Of a stretch of DNA of 64,000 bases, positions 10,232 to 21,457 are shown in pieces; position 1 is the stretch's first letter; each line of letters starts with the position of its first letter. The notes under the pieces were generated by a model. The model did no database searches, was not told the origin of the DNA, and saw only the letters and a program-made list of their open reading frames with translations. Made by a program: the position numbers and the translations under genes. Source of the stretch: an uncultured Acidobacteriota bacterium (lineage in GTDB: Bacteria > Acidobacteriota > Thermoanaerobaculia > Multivoradales > UBA5704); contig CAVYRF010000001.1 in assembly GCA_963770895.1 (NCBI GenBank), positions 768,001 to 832,000 of the forward strand, given 5' to 3'.

Positions 10232-10435
10232 ATGAAGCGATTCGTTTGGGTGGTAGCCCTGCTGCTGTCGGTTGTAGCTGCTTCGGCGTCGCAGGCCAGC
10301 CTCTTGGGCAAGCGGCCGTCGTCGACCCATCCCGCCGTATGCGGAGGCGGCTGCACCTACACCATCCAGTGCGTGAAGGTCTGCGGCGGCATCGGCAATG
10401 CCATCTGCGAGGATGGTCGCTGCGTGCCGGAATAG
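10232..10435 (+). CDS. Small secreted cysteine-rich peptide (67 aa, 6 Cys)
   Basis: RBS GGAGG; signal peptide MKRFVWVVALLLSVVAASASQA; C-x3-C-x5-C-x3-C-x7-C-x4-C core. Confidence 0.7.
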   Translation: MKRFVWVVALLLSVVAASASQASLLGKRPSSTHPAVCGGGCTYTIQCVKVCGGIGNAICEDGRCVPE

Positions 10436-10649
10436 CACCCCGTCAAGCTGAAACCGTTGCAGGGGCGGGCCGCCAGCCTGGGCCCGCCCCTCAGCGGCGA
10501 CGGCCGGAGCTCGACGACACGCCGAGCTCGTTCAAGGTCATCGACGCCGCGGTGCAGGAACAGCTGTAAGCTCCGCGGCAGGCGCCGCTCCGCGGGTGTG
10601 CCTGGAGTGGTGATCGCCTTTCGTCTTGCGACCCCAGGAGGCAGTCAAA

Positions 10650-10817
10650 ATGAAGACCATCAAGGCCTTGTCCTCGATCCCGGCGCGCCGGCAACCGCTT
10701 GTCGACCTGACCCGGACCGCGCTCCAGACGGCGATCGGCGGCGGCGCCACGATCAATAACAATCCCCTGTACAGCCCTGGCGGGGAGGCCGGAAACAACC
10801 CGCTGAACCGGCCTTGA
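10650..10817 (+). CDS. Double-glycine-leader peptide (putative RiPP/bacteriocin precursor, 55 aa)
   Basis: RBS AGGAGG 8 bp upstream; leader ends LTRTALQTAIGG; core has NNPL twice. Confidence 0.65.
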   Translation: MKTIKALSSIPARRQPLVDLTRTALQTAIGGGATINNNPLYSPGGEAGNNPLNRP

Positions 10818-11154
10818 GACGGTGAGCCCTGCAAGCCGCGCGGTCCCCGCCCGATAGTGCCGGAACGGGATTGCAGCAAGACGACCGCCACGTTCGATCA
10901 TGGCAGATCCTGCTCGATTTGCTCGAGCAGGATCAGTACCTGAACCGTGGCAGCTGCCCGGAAGATCATCCGCTCTGGAAGATCGTGCGCACCGACCAGC
11001 TCTTCCTGCAGGACATGCTGACACCACCGCGGATACCGAGACGTGCGAAGCGTTCCGCAATGGGTTGGCCCGACCGCGGCGCGCCTGACGGCGCGACCGC
11101 GATCGGGCCGGGGGGGCGCGGGCGGAGCGTCTTGCCGGCCGCGGCGGCGGCTGG

Positions 11155-11469
11155 TCAGTGGAAGCCCAACGCGAACAGCAGCGCTGTGCGGACCTCTTCC
11201 ATGCGGTGGGGACGAAGGGTGGTGATCAACCCGGCCAGCCGCTCGCGGGATACGGTCTGCAGGTGGTCGAGGTTGGCCACTGAGGCGCGGGGCATGCCGT
11301 CGTCCTCGGTTAACAGAACCTCGGAGGGTATGTCGCGGATGGTGGAGGTGATGGGAGCTACGGTGACCTGGCCGAGAAACTCCAAGGCGGAGTCCCGCGT
11401 CAGCACCAGGACTGGGCGCGTCTTGTCAGGCGCTCCGAAGCGATACCAGCGAATTTCACCGCGCTGCAT
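11155..11469 (-). CDS. Type II toxin, PemK/MazF family endoribonuclease
   Basis: MQRGEI..KTRPVLVL..VTVAPITS..NLDHLQTV motifs. Confidence 0.92.
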   Translation of the reverse strand: MQRGEIRWYRFGAPDKTRPVLVLTRDSALEFLGQVTVAPITSTIRDIPSEVLLTEDDGMPRASVANLDHLQTVSRERLAGLITTLRPHRMEEVRTALLFALGFH

Positions 11470-11699
11470 CAGTCCGGCCAGACCTGCTGGTCTTCCCAGG
11501 CATCCAGCTCACCGGCGACCACGGGCTTGGCGGTATAGCCGGCACGGTGGCGGCGCTCCAGCTCCAGCTCGTGGCGTCGTGCCAGTGCGGCTCGCAATGC
11601 CTCCCGGGTGAAGGCGGAGCGACTGGTCCCCAACGCTTCGACGGCACGATCGACTTCTTCGATCAAGGCTTCGTCGAGCGTCATTTGCACGGTCTTCAT
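11469..11699 (-). CDS. Ribbon-helix-helix (CopG-type) antitoxin
   Basis: MKTVQMTLDEALIEEVD..SRSAFTREAL; overlaps the toxin start. Confidence 0.88.
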   Translation of the reverse strand: MKTVQMTLDEALIEEVDRAVEALGTSRSAFTREALRAALARRHELELERRHRAGYTAKPVVAGELDAWEDQQVWPD

Positions 11700-11718
11700 C
11701 CGCTAGCTTCCTCATGCG

Positions 11719-11740
11719 AATAGCTATGTCAATCGCTATT
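11719..11740. promoter_or_regulatory. Inverted repeat AATAGC-N10-GCTATT, probable autoregulatory operator of the TA operon
   Basis: Palindromic half-sites in an AT-rich patch about 20 bp upstream of the RHH antitoxin start. Confidence 0.45.
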
Positions 11741-11869
11741 ATGGTCCAAGCGGCCGAATGCACGCAATCGCTCGGCCGGGTGCGGGACCATCCGCATCTA
11801 TAATGGGATTGGCGCCACCAGCCAGGTTGGAGCTGCGCCGGCACCTGTCGCAAAGGATCTCGTTTAGCG

Positions 11870-14083
11870 ATGTGTGGAATCTGCGGTTACGTCACGTTCC
11901 GCCCAGAGGGGCTTGGTCCCGAGCCGGCGAACGCCGGGGCGCGGGCGGATGCCTCGTCGGCTGCCCGCGGCGTGGCCGCGGTGGAGGCGATGCTGGGCGC
12001 GCTGGCACATCGGGGGCCGGACGCGTCGGGCTTGCAGGTTTCTGGGCCGGCGGTGCTGGGCGCCACCCGCCTGGCCATCCGCGGCATCGCCGACGGCCGG
12101 CAGCCGCTGGTCGATCCCGCGAGCGGGGTGGTGGCGGTGTGCAACGGCGAGCTGGACAACCACCGGGAGATCAAAACCTGGCTGGCGGCGCGCGGCAGGC
12201 CGGTGGCCCAGGCGACCGACGTGGCGGTGATTCCGGGCCTGTACCTGGAGCTGGGCGACGATTTTCCCGCCTATCTGGTCGGGGCGTTCGCGATCGCCCT
12301 GTGGGATCCCCGCCGCCGGCGCTTGCTGCTGGCTCGCGATCGGGCGGGAGAGAAGCCGCTGTTCTTCCGCGCGGTTCGCGTGGCTGCGGCCCAGCCTTCC
12401 CAGGCTTCGAACTCGCCGGGCGGTGCGCCTGCTGACGCCCTGGACGTGGCGCTGGTCGCGACCGAGCTCGCCGCCCTCGCCGCCAGCCGATCCCGGCCCG
12501 CCGCGGGCGAATCGCGGGACGCTGCCGGCGCACCGTCAGCGGATCTGGACCAGGCGGCGCTGGCGCACTACTTGCGCTTCGGCTGCTTTGCCGTGCCGGG
12601 CACACCGTTCGCCGGGGTCCAGAAGGTCGGGCCTGGCGAACGGATCGTGCTCGACGCTGGTGGAATCCATCGCCACCGCTACTGGCGCTGGCGGCAGGGG
12701 GCGTCGCCCACCCTCCCCGCTACGGAGCCGCTCTCTGCCTCGCCGGCGCTCCCGGCTGCCTCTGCAGCCCCTGCGCTGCCGCCAAGCTCGGCGCAGCCGG
12801 CGGGCAGCTCCGCCGTTCGGGTGGCCGACTTCGATCGCGTGTTCCGGCAGGCGATCGGACGGCAGATCGACGTGGAGGTGCCTTGCGGGGTGTTTCTGTC
12901 GGGCGGGCTGGATTCGTCCCTGGTGGCGGCGGTGGCGCGGGACGTGCGGCCGGACGTGGCCTTGGCCGCGTTCTCGCTGCGCTTCCACGAGGATAGCTAC
13001 GACGAGGGCGAAGTGGCGGCGCGGGTGGCGCGGCGGCTGGGGCTGGCGGCGACCGAGGTGTGGGTGCGCCCCGAAGACTTCATGGCGTCGCTGCCCGAGC
13101 TGGTGCGGATGGCCGGCGAGCCGCTGGCGGACCCGGCCTGGGTGCCGGCGGCGCTGCTCGCTCGCCGGGCGGCGGCCGACGTGCGGCAGGTGCTGGTGGG
13201 GGAGGGGGGCGACGAGCTGTTCGGCGGCTATCCGACCCACAGCGGCGTCTGGCTGGCCGAGCGCTATGCGCGTCTGCCGCGGATGGTGCGGCGGCTGGCG
13301 GCGGGCGCCGTGGCGAAGCTGCCGCCCAGCGACAAGAAGGTGACGGTCTCCTTTCTGCTCAAGCGCTTCATCGCCGGCGACGGCATCGAGGGCCTGGCCC
13401 GCCACCAGCTGTGGACTTCCAACATCGCGCCGGACATCCTGGCCCGCCTGGGCATCGCGGCGGCGCCGTCGGCGGTGCCGGCGGGTCTGCCGCCCGGCAC
13501 GCTGCTCGACCGCGTACAGCAGTACGACCTGGAAACCTCGCTGGCGGAAGGGCTGCTGACCAAGGCCGACCGCGCCAGCATGCACTTTGCCCTGGAGCTG
13601 CGGGCGCCCTTCCTGGACCGCGACGTCATGGAGTGGGCCGCCGGGCTCCCCGATGCGCAACGCGTGCGCGGCCTGCGCACCAAGGTGTTCCTCAAGCGCT
13701 ACGCCCGCTCCTACCTGCCCCGCTGGGTGGTCGAGCGCCGCAAGCGCGGCCTGTCCGTCCCCCTGGCCTCCTGGCTGCGCGGCCCCCTGCGCGCCTGGGC
13801 CGCGGACCGCCTTCACGGTGGCCGCCTGGCCGCCGCCGGTGTCGACGAAGCCGCCGCCGCCGCCCTGTTCCGCGAGCACCTCAACCGCGAGCGCGATCAC
13901 GCCCGGTCGCTGTGGACCCTGATCGTCCTGGCAGAGTGGCTCGACTGGGTCGCCGGCCTGAGCACCGCCTCGACCGCCTCGACGCCCGCCAACGCCGCCG
14001 TCGTCGCGCCGCCAGCCGATGCCCTGCTTACGGCCCTTGCCGCAGAGCCGGCCGCCGCCGAAGTGGCTGTGGCCCACGGCTAG
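11870..14083 (+). CDS. asnB: Asparagine synthase (glutamine-hydrolysing) family amidotransferase
   Basis: MCGICG N-terminal nucleophile, HRGPD, NGE, RDRAGEKPL, LSGGLDSS, GEGGDELFGGY and LELRAPFLD motifs. Confidence 0.9.
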   Translation: MCGICGYVTFRPEGLGPEPANAGARADASSAARGVAAVEAMLGALAHRGPDASGLQVSGPAVLGATRLAIRGIADGRQPLVDPASGVVAVCNGELDNHREIKTWLAARGRPVAQATDVAVIPGLYLELGDDFPAYLVGAFAIALWDPRRRRLLLARDRAGEKPLFFRAVRVAAAQPSQASNSPGGAPADALDVALVATELAALAASRSRPAAGESRDAAGAPSADLDQAALAHYLRFGCFAVPGTPFAGVQKVGPGERIVLDAGGIHRHRYWRWRQGASPTLPATEPLSASPALPAASAAPALPPSSAQPAGSSAVRVADFDRVFRQAIGRQIDVEVPCGVFLSGGLDSSLVAAVARDVRPDVALAAFSLRFHEDSYDEGEVAARVARRLGLAATEVWVRPEDFMASLPELVRMAGEPLADPAWVPAALLARRAAADVRQVLVGEGGDELFGGYPTHSGVWLAERYARLPRMVRRLAAGAVAKLPPSDKKVTVSFLLKRFIAGDGIEGLARHQLWTSNIAPDILARLGIAAAPSAVPAGLPPGTLLDRVQQYDLETSLAEGLLTKADRASMHFALELRAPFLDRDVMEWAAGLPDAQRVRGLRTKVFLKRYARSYLPRWVVERRKRGLSVPLASWLRGPLRAWAADRLHGGRLAAAGVDEAAAAALFREHLNRERDHARSLWTLIVLAEWLDWVAGLSTASTASTPANAAVVAPPADALLTALAAEPAAAEVAVAHG

Positions 14084-14247
14084 TGGCCTGTCCTGTTCGA
14101 ATCGAAAGCGCCTGGCTTGCCCTCGACGGCGGGGGCTGCGTTGCGCCTCCTCGACATAGTCTCAGCTATGCCTGCGTCGGCGCGCCTGGCCCGCGCCGTC
14201 GAATGGCGGCGCCATCCGCTTTCGAATTCTCCAGGACAGGCCGCTAG
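14080..14247. mobile_element. MITE-like palindromic element bounded by CTAG
   Basis: Terminal inverted repeats CTAGTGGCCTGTCCTG / CAGGACAGGCCGCTAG (1 mismatch in 16); nested internal inverted repeats. Confidence 0.7.
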
Positions 14248-14299
14248 GTAGGCGCCGGCGGGCCGCGCTGCGGCATCTTCGCCGCTGCACAGTCATGGA

Positions 14300-14328
14300 T
14301 TGACATCTGAGGGACCCTGGCCTATAGT
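14300..14328 (+). promoter_or_regulatory. Sigma-70 promoter of the rpsA operon
   Basis: TTGACA-17 bp-TATAGT about 105 bp upstream of rpsA. Confidence 0.8.
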
Positions 14329-14434
14329 TCTACGTCCCGAGTTCTAAACGAGTTAGGCAGAACTCGAGCCCCACGTTCGTTGGGGACTACAGGCCAAGTG
14401 CCTGAATCCACGCCCAAGGAGGTACGTCTTTACT

Positions 14435-16366
14435 ATGCCGGCCAGTGAAGAAAGCCAGGACCAGCTGACCATGACGGCTGAGTCCGACGCCGAGGAGCAG
14501 CAACAGCAGGCGGATTACCAGAAGCTCCTCGATCTGTACGACGAGAGCATGCGCAATCTCACCGAGGGAGAGATCGTCCCGGGTCGCGTCATCGGGGTGA
14601 CTTCCAATTCGGTGATCGTGGACGTCGGCTACAAGTCCGAAGGTCTGATTCCCATCGAGGAGTTCACCGATCGCGAAGGCCGCCTCACCGTGGCCGTCGG
14701 CGAAGAGGTGGACGTGTTGCTCGAAAAGACCGAAGACCTCGAAGGCCACGTGCTGCTCTCCCGCATCAAGGCGCAGCGCATGCGCCGCTGGACCGAAGTG
14801 GAGCGGGCCTACAAGGACGGGCGGGTCATCAAGGGGCGCATCACCGACCGCATCAAGGGCGGTCTCACCGTGGACGTCGGCTTGCGCGCCTTCCTGCCGG
14901 GGTCGCTGGTGGACATCAAGCCGGTCAAGAACCTCGAATCGCTGCGCGGCCAGGAGATGGAATTCAAAGTCATCAGCCTGGACCGGCGCCGCAACAACAT
15001 CGTGCTGTCGCGCAAGGCGGTGCTGGAAACCGAGCTGGTCAAAAAGAAGGCCGAAACCCTCAAGAAGCTCGAAGAGGGTGCGCGGCTCAAGGGCGTGGTC
15101 AAGAACATCACCGACTACGGCGTGTTCATCGACCTGGGCGGCATCGACGGCCTGCTGCACATCACCGACATCTCGTGGGGCCGCGTCAATCACCCCTCGG
15201 AACATTTCTCGGTGGGCGATGAAGTCGAAGTCGTGATTCTCAAGTTCGACCCTGAAACCGAGCGCGTCTCGCTGGGTTACAAGCAGAAGGGCGACGATCC
15301 CTGGACGCTGGTGGACAAGAAGTATCCCATCGGCTCCCGGGTGCACGGCCGCGTCGTTTCGCTGGTCGATTACGGCGCCTTCGTCGAGATCGAAGAGGGG
15401 GTCGAAGGCCTCATCCACGTCAGCGAAATGTCGTGGACCAAGAAGGTGGTCAACCCGGCCAAGATCCTGGAAGTGGGCGACGAAGTGGAAGCGATCGTCT
15501 CCGAGCTGGACATGGATCAGCGCCGCATCAGCCTGTCGCTGCGCCAGACCGAGCGCAACCCCTGGGAAGAGCTGGAAGACACCCATCCGGAAGGCACCGT
15601 CATCGAAGGCAAGGTGCGCAACCTGACGGAATTCGGCGCCTTCGTCGAAATCACCGACGGCATCGACGGCCTGATCCACGTCTCGGACATGAGCTGGACC
15701 AAGCGCGTCAAGCATCCCAGCGAAGTGCTCAAGAAGGGCGATCTGGTCAAGGCGCGGATCACCAACATCGACGTGGAAAATCAGCGCGTTTCGCTGTCCA
15801 TCAAGGAATTCGTGCCCAACGAATGGGACGACTTCGCGCGGCAGCACAAGATCGGCGACGTGCTGGCGGGACGGGTCGTCAACGTCACCGACTTCGGCCT
15901 CTTCATCGACATCTACAACGGCCTCGAAGGGCTCGCCCACGTCAGTGAGATCGACATCCCCAGCGGCGCCAAGCTCGAAGACCGCTTCGCCGTGGGTGAC
16001 TACGTGCGCACCCGCATCCTGCGTATCGAAGAGGACGACAAGAAAGTCGGCCTGTCGATGCGCGGCGTGACGCAGCCGACGCCCAACGAGGTTTCCGAAA
16101 TGAAGGCGGAAGCGGCAGCCCGGCGTCACCAGGCGCTGATCGCCAGCGCCCCCGACTCCGACGCCGACTCCGACGCCGAAGGCGGCGGTGGTGCCGCCGC
16201 CGAGCCCGGCTCTGTCGTCGCGGCGGGCTCCGCCGAAGACGGCGGCGCCAGCGCTGAACCTGCCGACGAAGCGCGTGCCAAGAAGCGCGGCAACAAGAAG
16301 AAGGCCGCCGCCGCCGAGCACCACCACGACACCGACCAGGTTGCCGACGGCGAGGAAGAAGGCTGA
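14435..16366 (+). CDS. rpsA: 30S ribosomal protein S1
   Basis: Six S1 repeats (DYGVFIDL/GLLHITD, YGAFVEI/GLIHVSE etc.); RBS AAGGAGG. Confidence 0.98.
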   Translation: MPASEESQDQLTMTAESDAEEQQQQADYQKLLDLYDESMRNLTEGEIVPGRVIGVTSNSVIVDVGYKSEGLIPIEEFTDREGRLTVAVGEEVDVLLEKTEDLEGHVLLSRIKAQRMRRWTEVERAYKDGRVIKGRITDRIKGGLTVDVGLRAFLPGSLVDIKPVKNLESLRGQEMEFKVISLDRRRNNIVLSRKAVLETELVKKKAETLKKLEEGARLKGVVKNITDYGVFIDLGGIDGLLHITDISWGRVNHPSEHFSVGDEVEVVILKFDPETERVSLGYKQKGDDPWTLVDKKYPIGSRVHGRVVSLVDYGAFVEIEEGVEGLIHVSEMSWTKKVVNPAKILEVGDEVEAIVSELDMDQRRISLSLRQTERNPWEELEDTHPEGTVIEGKVRNLTEFGAFVEITDGIDGLIHVSDMSWTKRVKHPSEVLKKGDLVKARITNIDVENQRVSLSIKEFVPNEWDDFARQHKIGDVLAGRVVNVTDFGLFIDIYNGLEGLAHVSEIDIPSGAKLEDRFAVGDYVRTRILRIEEDDKKVGLSMRGVTQPTPNEVSEMKAEAAARRHQALIASAPDSDADSDAEGGGGAAAEPGSVVAAGSAEDGGASAEPADEARAKKRGNKKKAAAAEHHHDTDQVADGEEEG

Positions 16367-16429
16367 AGAACGACGCAGCGGGCTTTCTACAGACCAGCGG
16401 GGCCAATCTGAGGAAAGAGGGGTGGGAGC

Positions 16430-16735
16430 ATGACGGTACCTTTGAAGGACGGCATGACCAAAGCCGAGCTGGTCGAAGAGGTAGCCCGCACCACGCAGCT
16501 GACGAAAAAGCACGCCGAGATCATCGTCAACACGGTGTTCGACAGCATCGTCCACTCTCTCAAGGATGGCGAGAAGATCGAGCTCAGGGGATTTGGCAGC
16601 TTCCGCATCCGCCACCGCGGGGCGCGCACCGGGCGCAATCCAAAGACCGGCGACAAGGTGAAGGTGCCCCCCAAGCGGATTCCCTATTTCAAGCCGGGCA
16701 AGGAGCTGCGCGAGCTGCTCAACGACGAGTGTTGA
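16430..16735 (+). CDS. ihfB: Integration host factor beta / HU family DNA-binding protein
   Basis: MTKAELV..IELRGFGSF..GRNPKTG..PYFKPGKEL; position after rpsA. Confidence 0.85.
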   Translation: MTVPLKDGMTKAELVEEVARTTQLTKKHAEIIVNTVFDSIVHSLKDGEKIELRGFGSFRIRHRGARTGRNPKTGDKVKVPPKRIPYFKPGKELRELLNDEC

Positions 16736-16784
16736 GCCGGCGCGCGGCTCCCGCGCTCCGCACCGCTCCGGCAGCTTGCCTCGC

Positions 16785-17294
16785 ATGCAGACCCTGTTCA
16801 CTCCGTGGAGGCAGGCGTATATCACGCAGATCGAGTCCGCCTCCGAATGCTTCTTCTGCGCCGCGGCCAGCCGTCCAGACGATCCGGATGGGCTGGTCGT
16901 GGCGGTCAGCCGTTACCACCTGGTGATGCTCAATCTGCACCCGTATTCGAGCGGCCACCTGATGGTGGCGCCGCTGGCGCACCTGGCGACGCCGCAGGAC
17001 AGCGCGGAACCGGCGCGCGCGGAATTCTGGCCGCTGGTGCTGAAGACCCAGCGCATCCTTGCCGCCGCGTACGCACCGCAAGGCTTCAACATGGGCCTCA
17101 ACCTCGGCCAGGCGGCTGGCGCCGGGGTGCCGGGGCACTATCATTTCCACGTGGTGCCGCGCTGGACCGGTGACACCAACTTCATGAGCGTCCTGGCGGA
17201 GGTCCGGCTGGTGCCGGAGGAGCTGCGCCAGAGCCGCGAGCGCCTGCGGGCGCTCTTTGCGCAGGAGGAGGATTCGCTTGCCGGACACCCTTGA
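16785..17294 (+). CDS. HIT domain hydrolase
   Basis: PWR..CFFC, LNLHPYSSGH, GAGVPGHYHFHVVPRW histidine triad. Confidence 0.92.
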   Translation: MQTLFTPWRQAYITQIESASECFFCAAASRPDDPDGLVVAVSRYHLVMLNLHPYSSGHLMVAPLAHLATPQDSAEPARAEFWPLVLKTQRILAAAYAPQGFNMGLNLGQAAGAGVPGHYHFHVVPRWTGDTNFMSVLAEVRLVPEELRQSRERLRALFAQEEDSLAGHP

Positions 17295-17775
17295 CTCCGC
17301 TTCGCCGTCCGCGTCGCCCACGGCGCCGCCGCCCGCGGTGACGCCGGCGCCCCCGGTGTCGTTCGACCCGGATGCCGCGGACGGTCAACCCCCGCTGCCG
17401 TCCCTGCCGCCGGCGCAGCTGGTGGTGGCGGTGGTCCTGGCCTGGCTGGTGCCGGGCCTGGGGCACATCTACGTCAAGCGCCTGGCGCGCGGCGTGGTGT
17501 TCTTCGTGCTGGTCGCCGTCGCCATCGCCGTCGGCTGTTCGCTGCAGGGCAACCTCTATCAGCCGATCAAGGGGCAGCCGCTCAGCTACCTGGCCACCTA
17601 CGCTTCGATGGGCATGGGCATCCCCTACTTCTCGCTGCGCAGCGGGCTGCACTACGAAGGCGAGCAGGAAGCCTCCGGCTACGAATACGGCACCGCCTTC
17701 CTGCTCACCGCCGGCTTGATGAACCTGCTGCTGGTGCTGGATGTCTGGGACATCGGCACCGGGAAGAAGGAGTGA
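17278..17775 (+). CDS. Conserved membrane protein (DUF6677-like)
   Basis: LAWLVPGLGHIY and EYGTAFLLTAGLMNLL motifs; start approximate. Confidence 0.7.
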   Translation: MPDTLDSASPSASPTAPPPAVTPAPPVSFDPDAADGQPPLPSLPPAQLVVAVVLAWLVPGLGHIYVKRLARGVVFFVLVAVAIAVGCSLQGNLYQPIKGQPLSYLATYASMGMGIPYFSLRSGLHYEGEQEASGYEYGTAFLLTAGLMNLLLVLDVWDIGTGKKE

Positions 17776-17972
17776 CCGTGCTTTCGCATTTCTTCCTGAT
17801 GGTGGTGTACGCCCTGCTGGTGAGCGTCTTCTTTACCGCGCTCTGGCGGCGCGGCCGCCGCCCGCAGGTGACGCTCTTCCTGCAGCTCTTCCTCGGCATG
17901 GTGGTGGGCGGCCTGGTGGTGGCGTGGCTGATGTACCCCTTCCCGTCGGGACCGCCGGCGCCCATCCCCTGA
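17772..17972 (+). CDS. Small two-helix membrane protein
   Basis: SHF..AWLMYPFP; overlaps the upstream stop; two hydrophobic segments. Confidence 0.7.
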   Translation: MTVLSHFFLMVVYALLVSVFFTALWRRGRRPQVTLFLQLFLGMVVGGLVVAWLMYPFPSGPPAPIP

Positions 17973-18018
17973 TGTGGGCTACGGCGGCCTCCGGGACCGC
18001 CGCGACCGCCGCCTTATA

Positions 18019-19496
18019 ATGGCCGCAATGGACCGCGGTGCCGCAGCCAGCTCCCCGCCGGGCAAGCCGTCCCCGGCGGTGGAGCCTGCCGCTGCCGCAC
18101 CACATGCGCCGCAGGGGCCGCTCGTGCCTCTCCTGCCCCTCCTGCCCCTGCTGATCGTCGCCGGCGAAGCCTCGGGCGACCTGCACGGCGCCAGGCTGCT
18201 CAGCGAGCTGCGCCGGCTGGTGCCGGGGCTCAGCGCCTTCGGCCTGGGCGGCGGTGAGCTGCGCGCCGCCGGCCTCGATGCGGTGGCGGACAGCTCCGAG
18301 GTGGCGGTGGTGGGGCTGGTGGAGGTGCTCAGGGTCCTGCCGCGCATTCGCCAGGTGTTCGCCGCGCTGCTGGCCCAGGTCGACCGGCGGCGGCCGCGCG
18401 CCGCGGTGCTGATCGATTTCCCCGACTTCAACCTGCGCCTGGCCCGGCAGCTCAAGCGCCGCGGCGTCCCGGTCATCTACTACATCAGCCCGCAGGTCTG
18501 GGCCTGGCGCCGCGGACGGCTCAGGACGATCGCCCGCCGGGTCGATCGCATGCTGGTGCTGTTTGACTTCGAGGTCGACCTGTACGCCCGCGCCGGGGTG
18601 CCGGTGGCGCACGTCGGCCATCCGCTCATCGACGAGGTGCCGCAGCTGCCCACCGCCTGGGATCACGCGCCCTCGGCGCCCTTGGCGCGATCGTTGCCGC
18701 CATCGCCGTCGCCATCATCGTCATCGCCATCTTTGCCGCCTCCGTCGTCGCCGCCAGCGCAGCCCCTGGCGGGGCCGCCGTTTCGCATCGCGCTGCTGCC
18801 CGGTTCCCGGCGCGGCGAGGTTGCCAAGCTGCTGCCGGCGATGTTGGGGGCGGTGGCGCTGCTGGGGGCGCAGGTGCCGATCGAAGTGTCGCTGATTCGC
18901 GCCTCGACGATCGCGGACGATCTGCTGGCGGGTTACCTGGCCGGCTTCACGCCGGCGGCGGGCGCTGCCGGCGGCGCGGGTGGGGCCATGCCGCGGCCGG
19001 CGCTGCCGGCGTTGCCGCCCGTGCGGGTCGTGGGGGGCGACGATCGCTTCGCCGCCATCGCCGGCGCGCACGTGGCGCTGTGCGCTTCGGGGACGGCCAC
19101 GCTGGAGGTCGGCCTGCTCGGCACGCCGATGGTCGTCGTCTACCGCCTTGCCGCCTGGACCTACCGCATGGCAAAGATCCTGGTGCGGCTGCCCAATTTC
19201 GCCCTGGTCAACCTGGTGCTCGGCCGCGAGGCGGTCCCCGAGCTGCTGCAGCACGAAGTGGTGCCGCAGCGCCTCGCCGCCGAGGCGCTGCACCTGCTCA
19301 CCGACGCGGCGGCGCGCGAGCGCCAGCGTGCCGCCCTGGCCGAGCTGCGTCCGCGCCTGGGGGAGGGCGGCGCCAGCGCGCGGGCGGCGGCGCAGGTGGC
19401 GGACCTGCTGGCGCGTCTGGCGCCGCCGCCGCCGGCCGTACAGCCGCCCGCGGCGGTGGCCAGCGGCACCAGCGGCACGGCGGCAAGGGTGCCGGC

Positions 19497-19500
<4 letters not shown>
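18019..19500 (+). CDS. lpxB: Lipid-A-disaccharide synthase
   Basis: AGEASGDLHG, IDFPDFN, SPQVWAWR, VGHPL, LLPGSRRGE, SGTATLE and VPELLQ motifs. Confidence 0.95.
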
Positions 19501-21434
<1,934 letters not shown>

Positions 21435-21457
21435 TCCAGGGCCCCGACCGCTGGCGC

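Noticed and set aside
10440-11150. Coding-like fragments on either side of the double-glycine peptide gene (ELDDTPSSFKVIDAAVQEQL; WQILLDLLEQDQYLNRG...)
   Set aside because: No credible start or RBS and no recognisable family; probably gene remnants
11870-14083. AsnB homologue as a lasso-peptide cyclase for the 10650 peptide
   Set aside because: It retains an intact N-terminal Cys glutaminase domain; no lasso B protease or RRE gene is nearby; the peptide lacks the Thr(-2) lasso leader signature at the GG site
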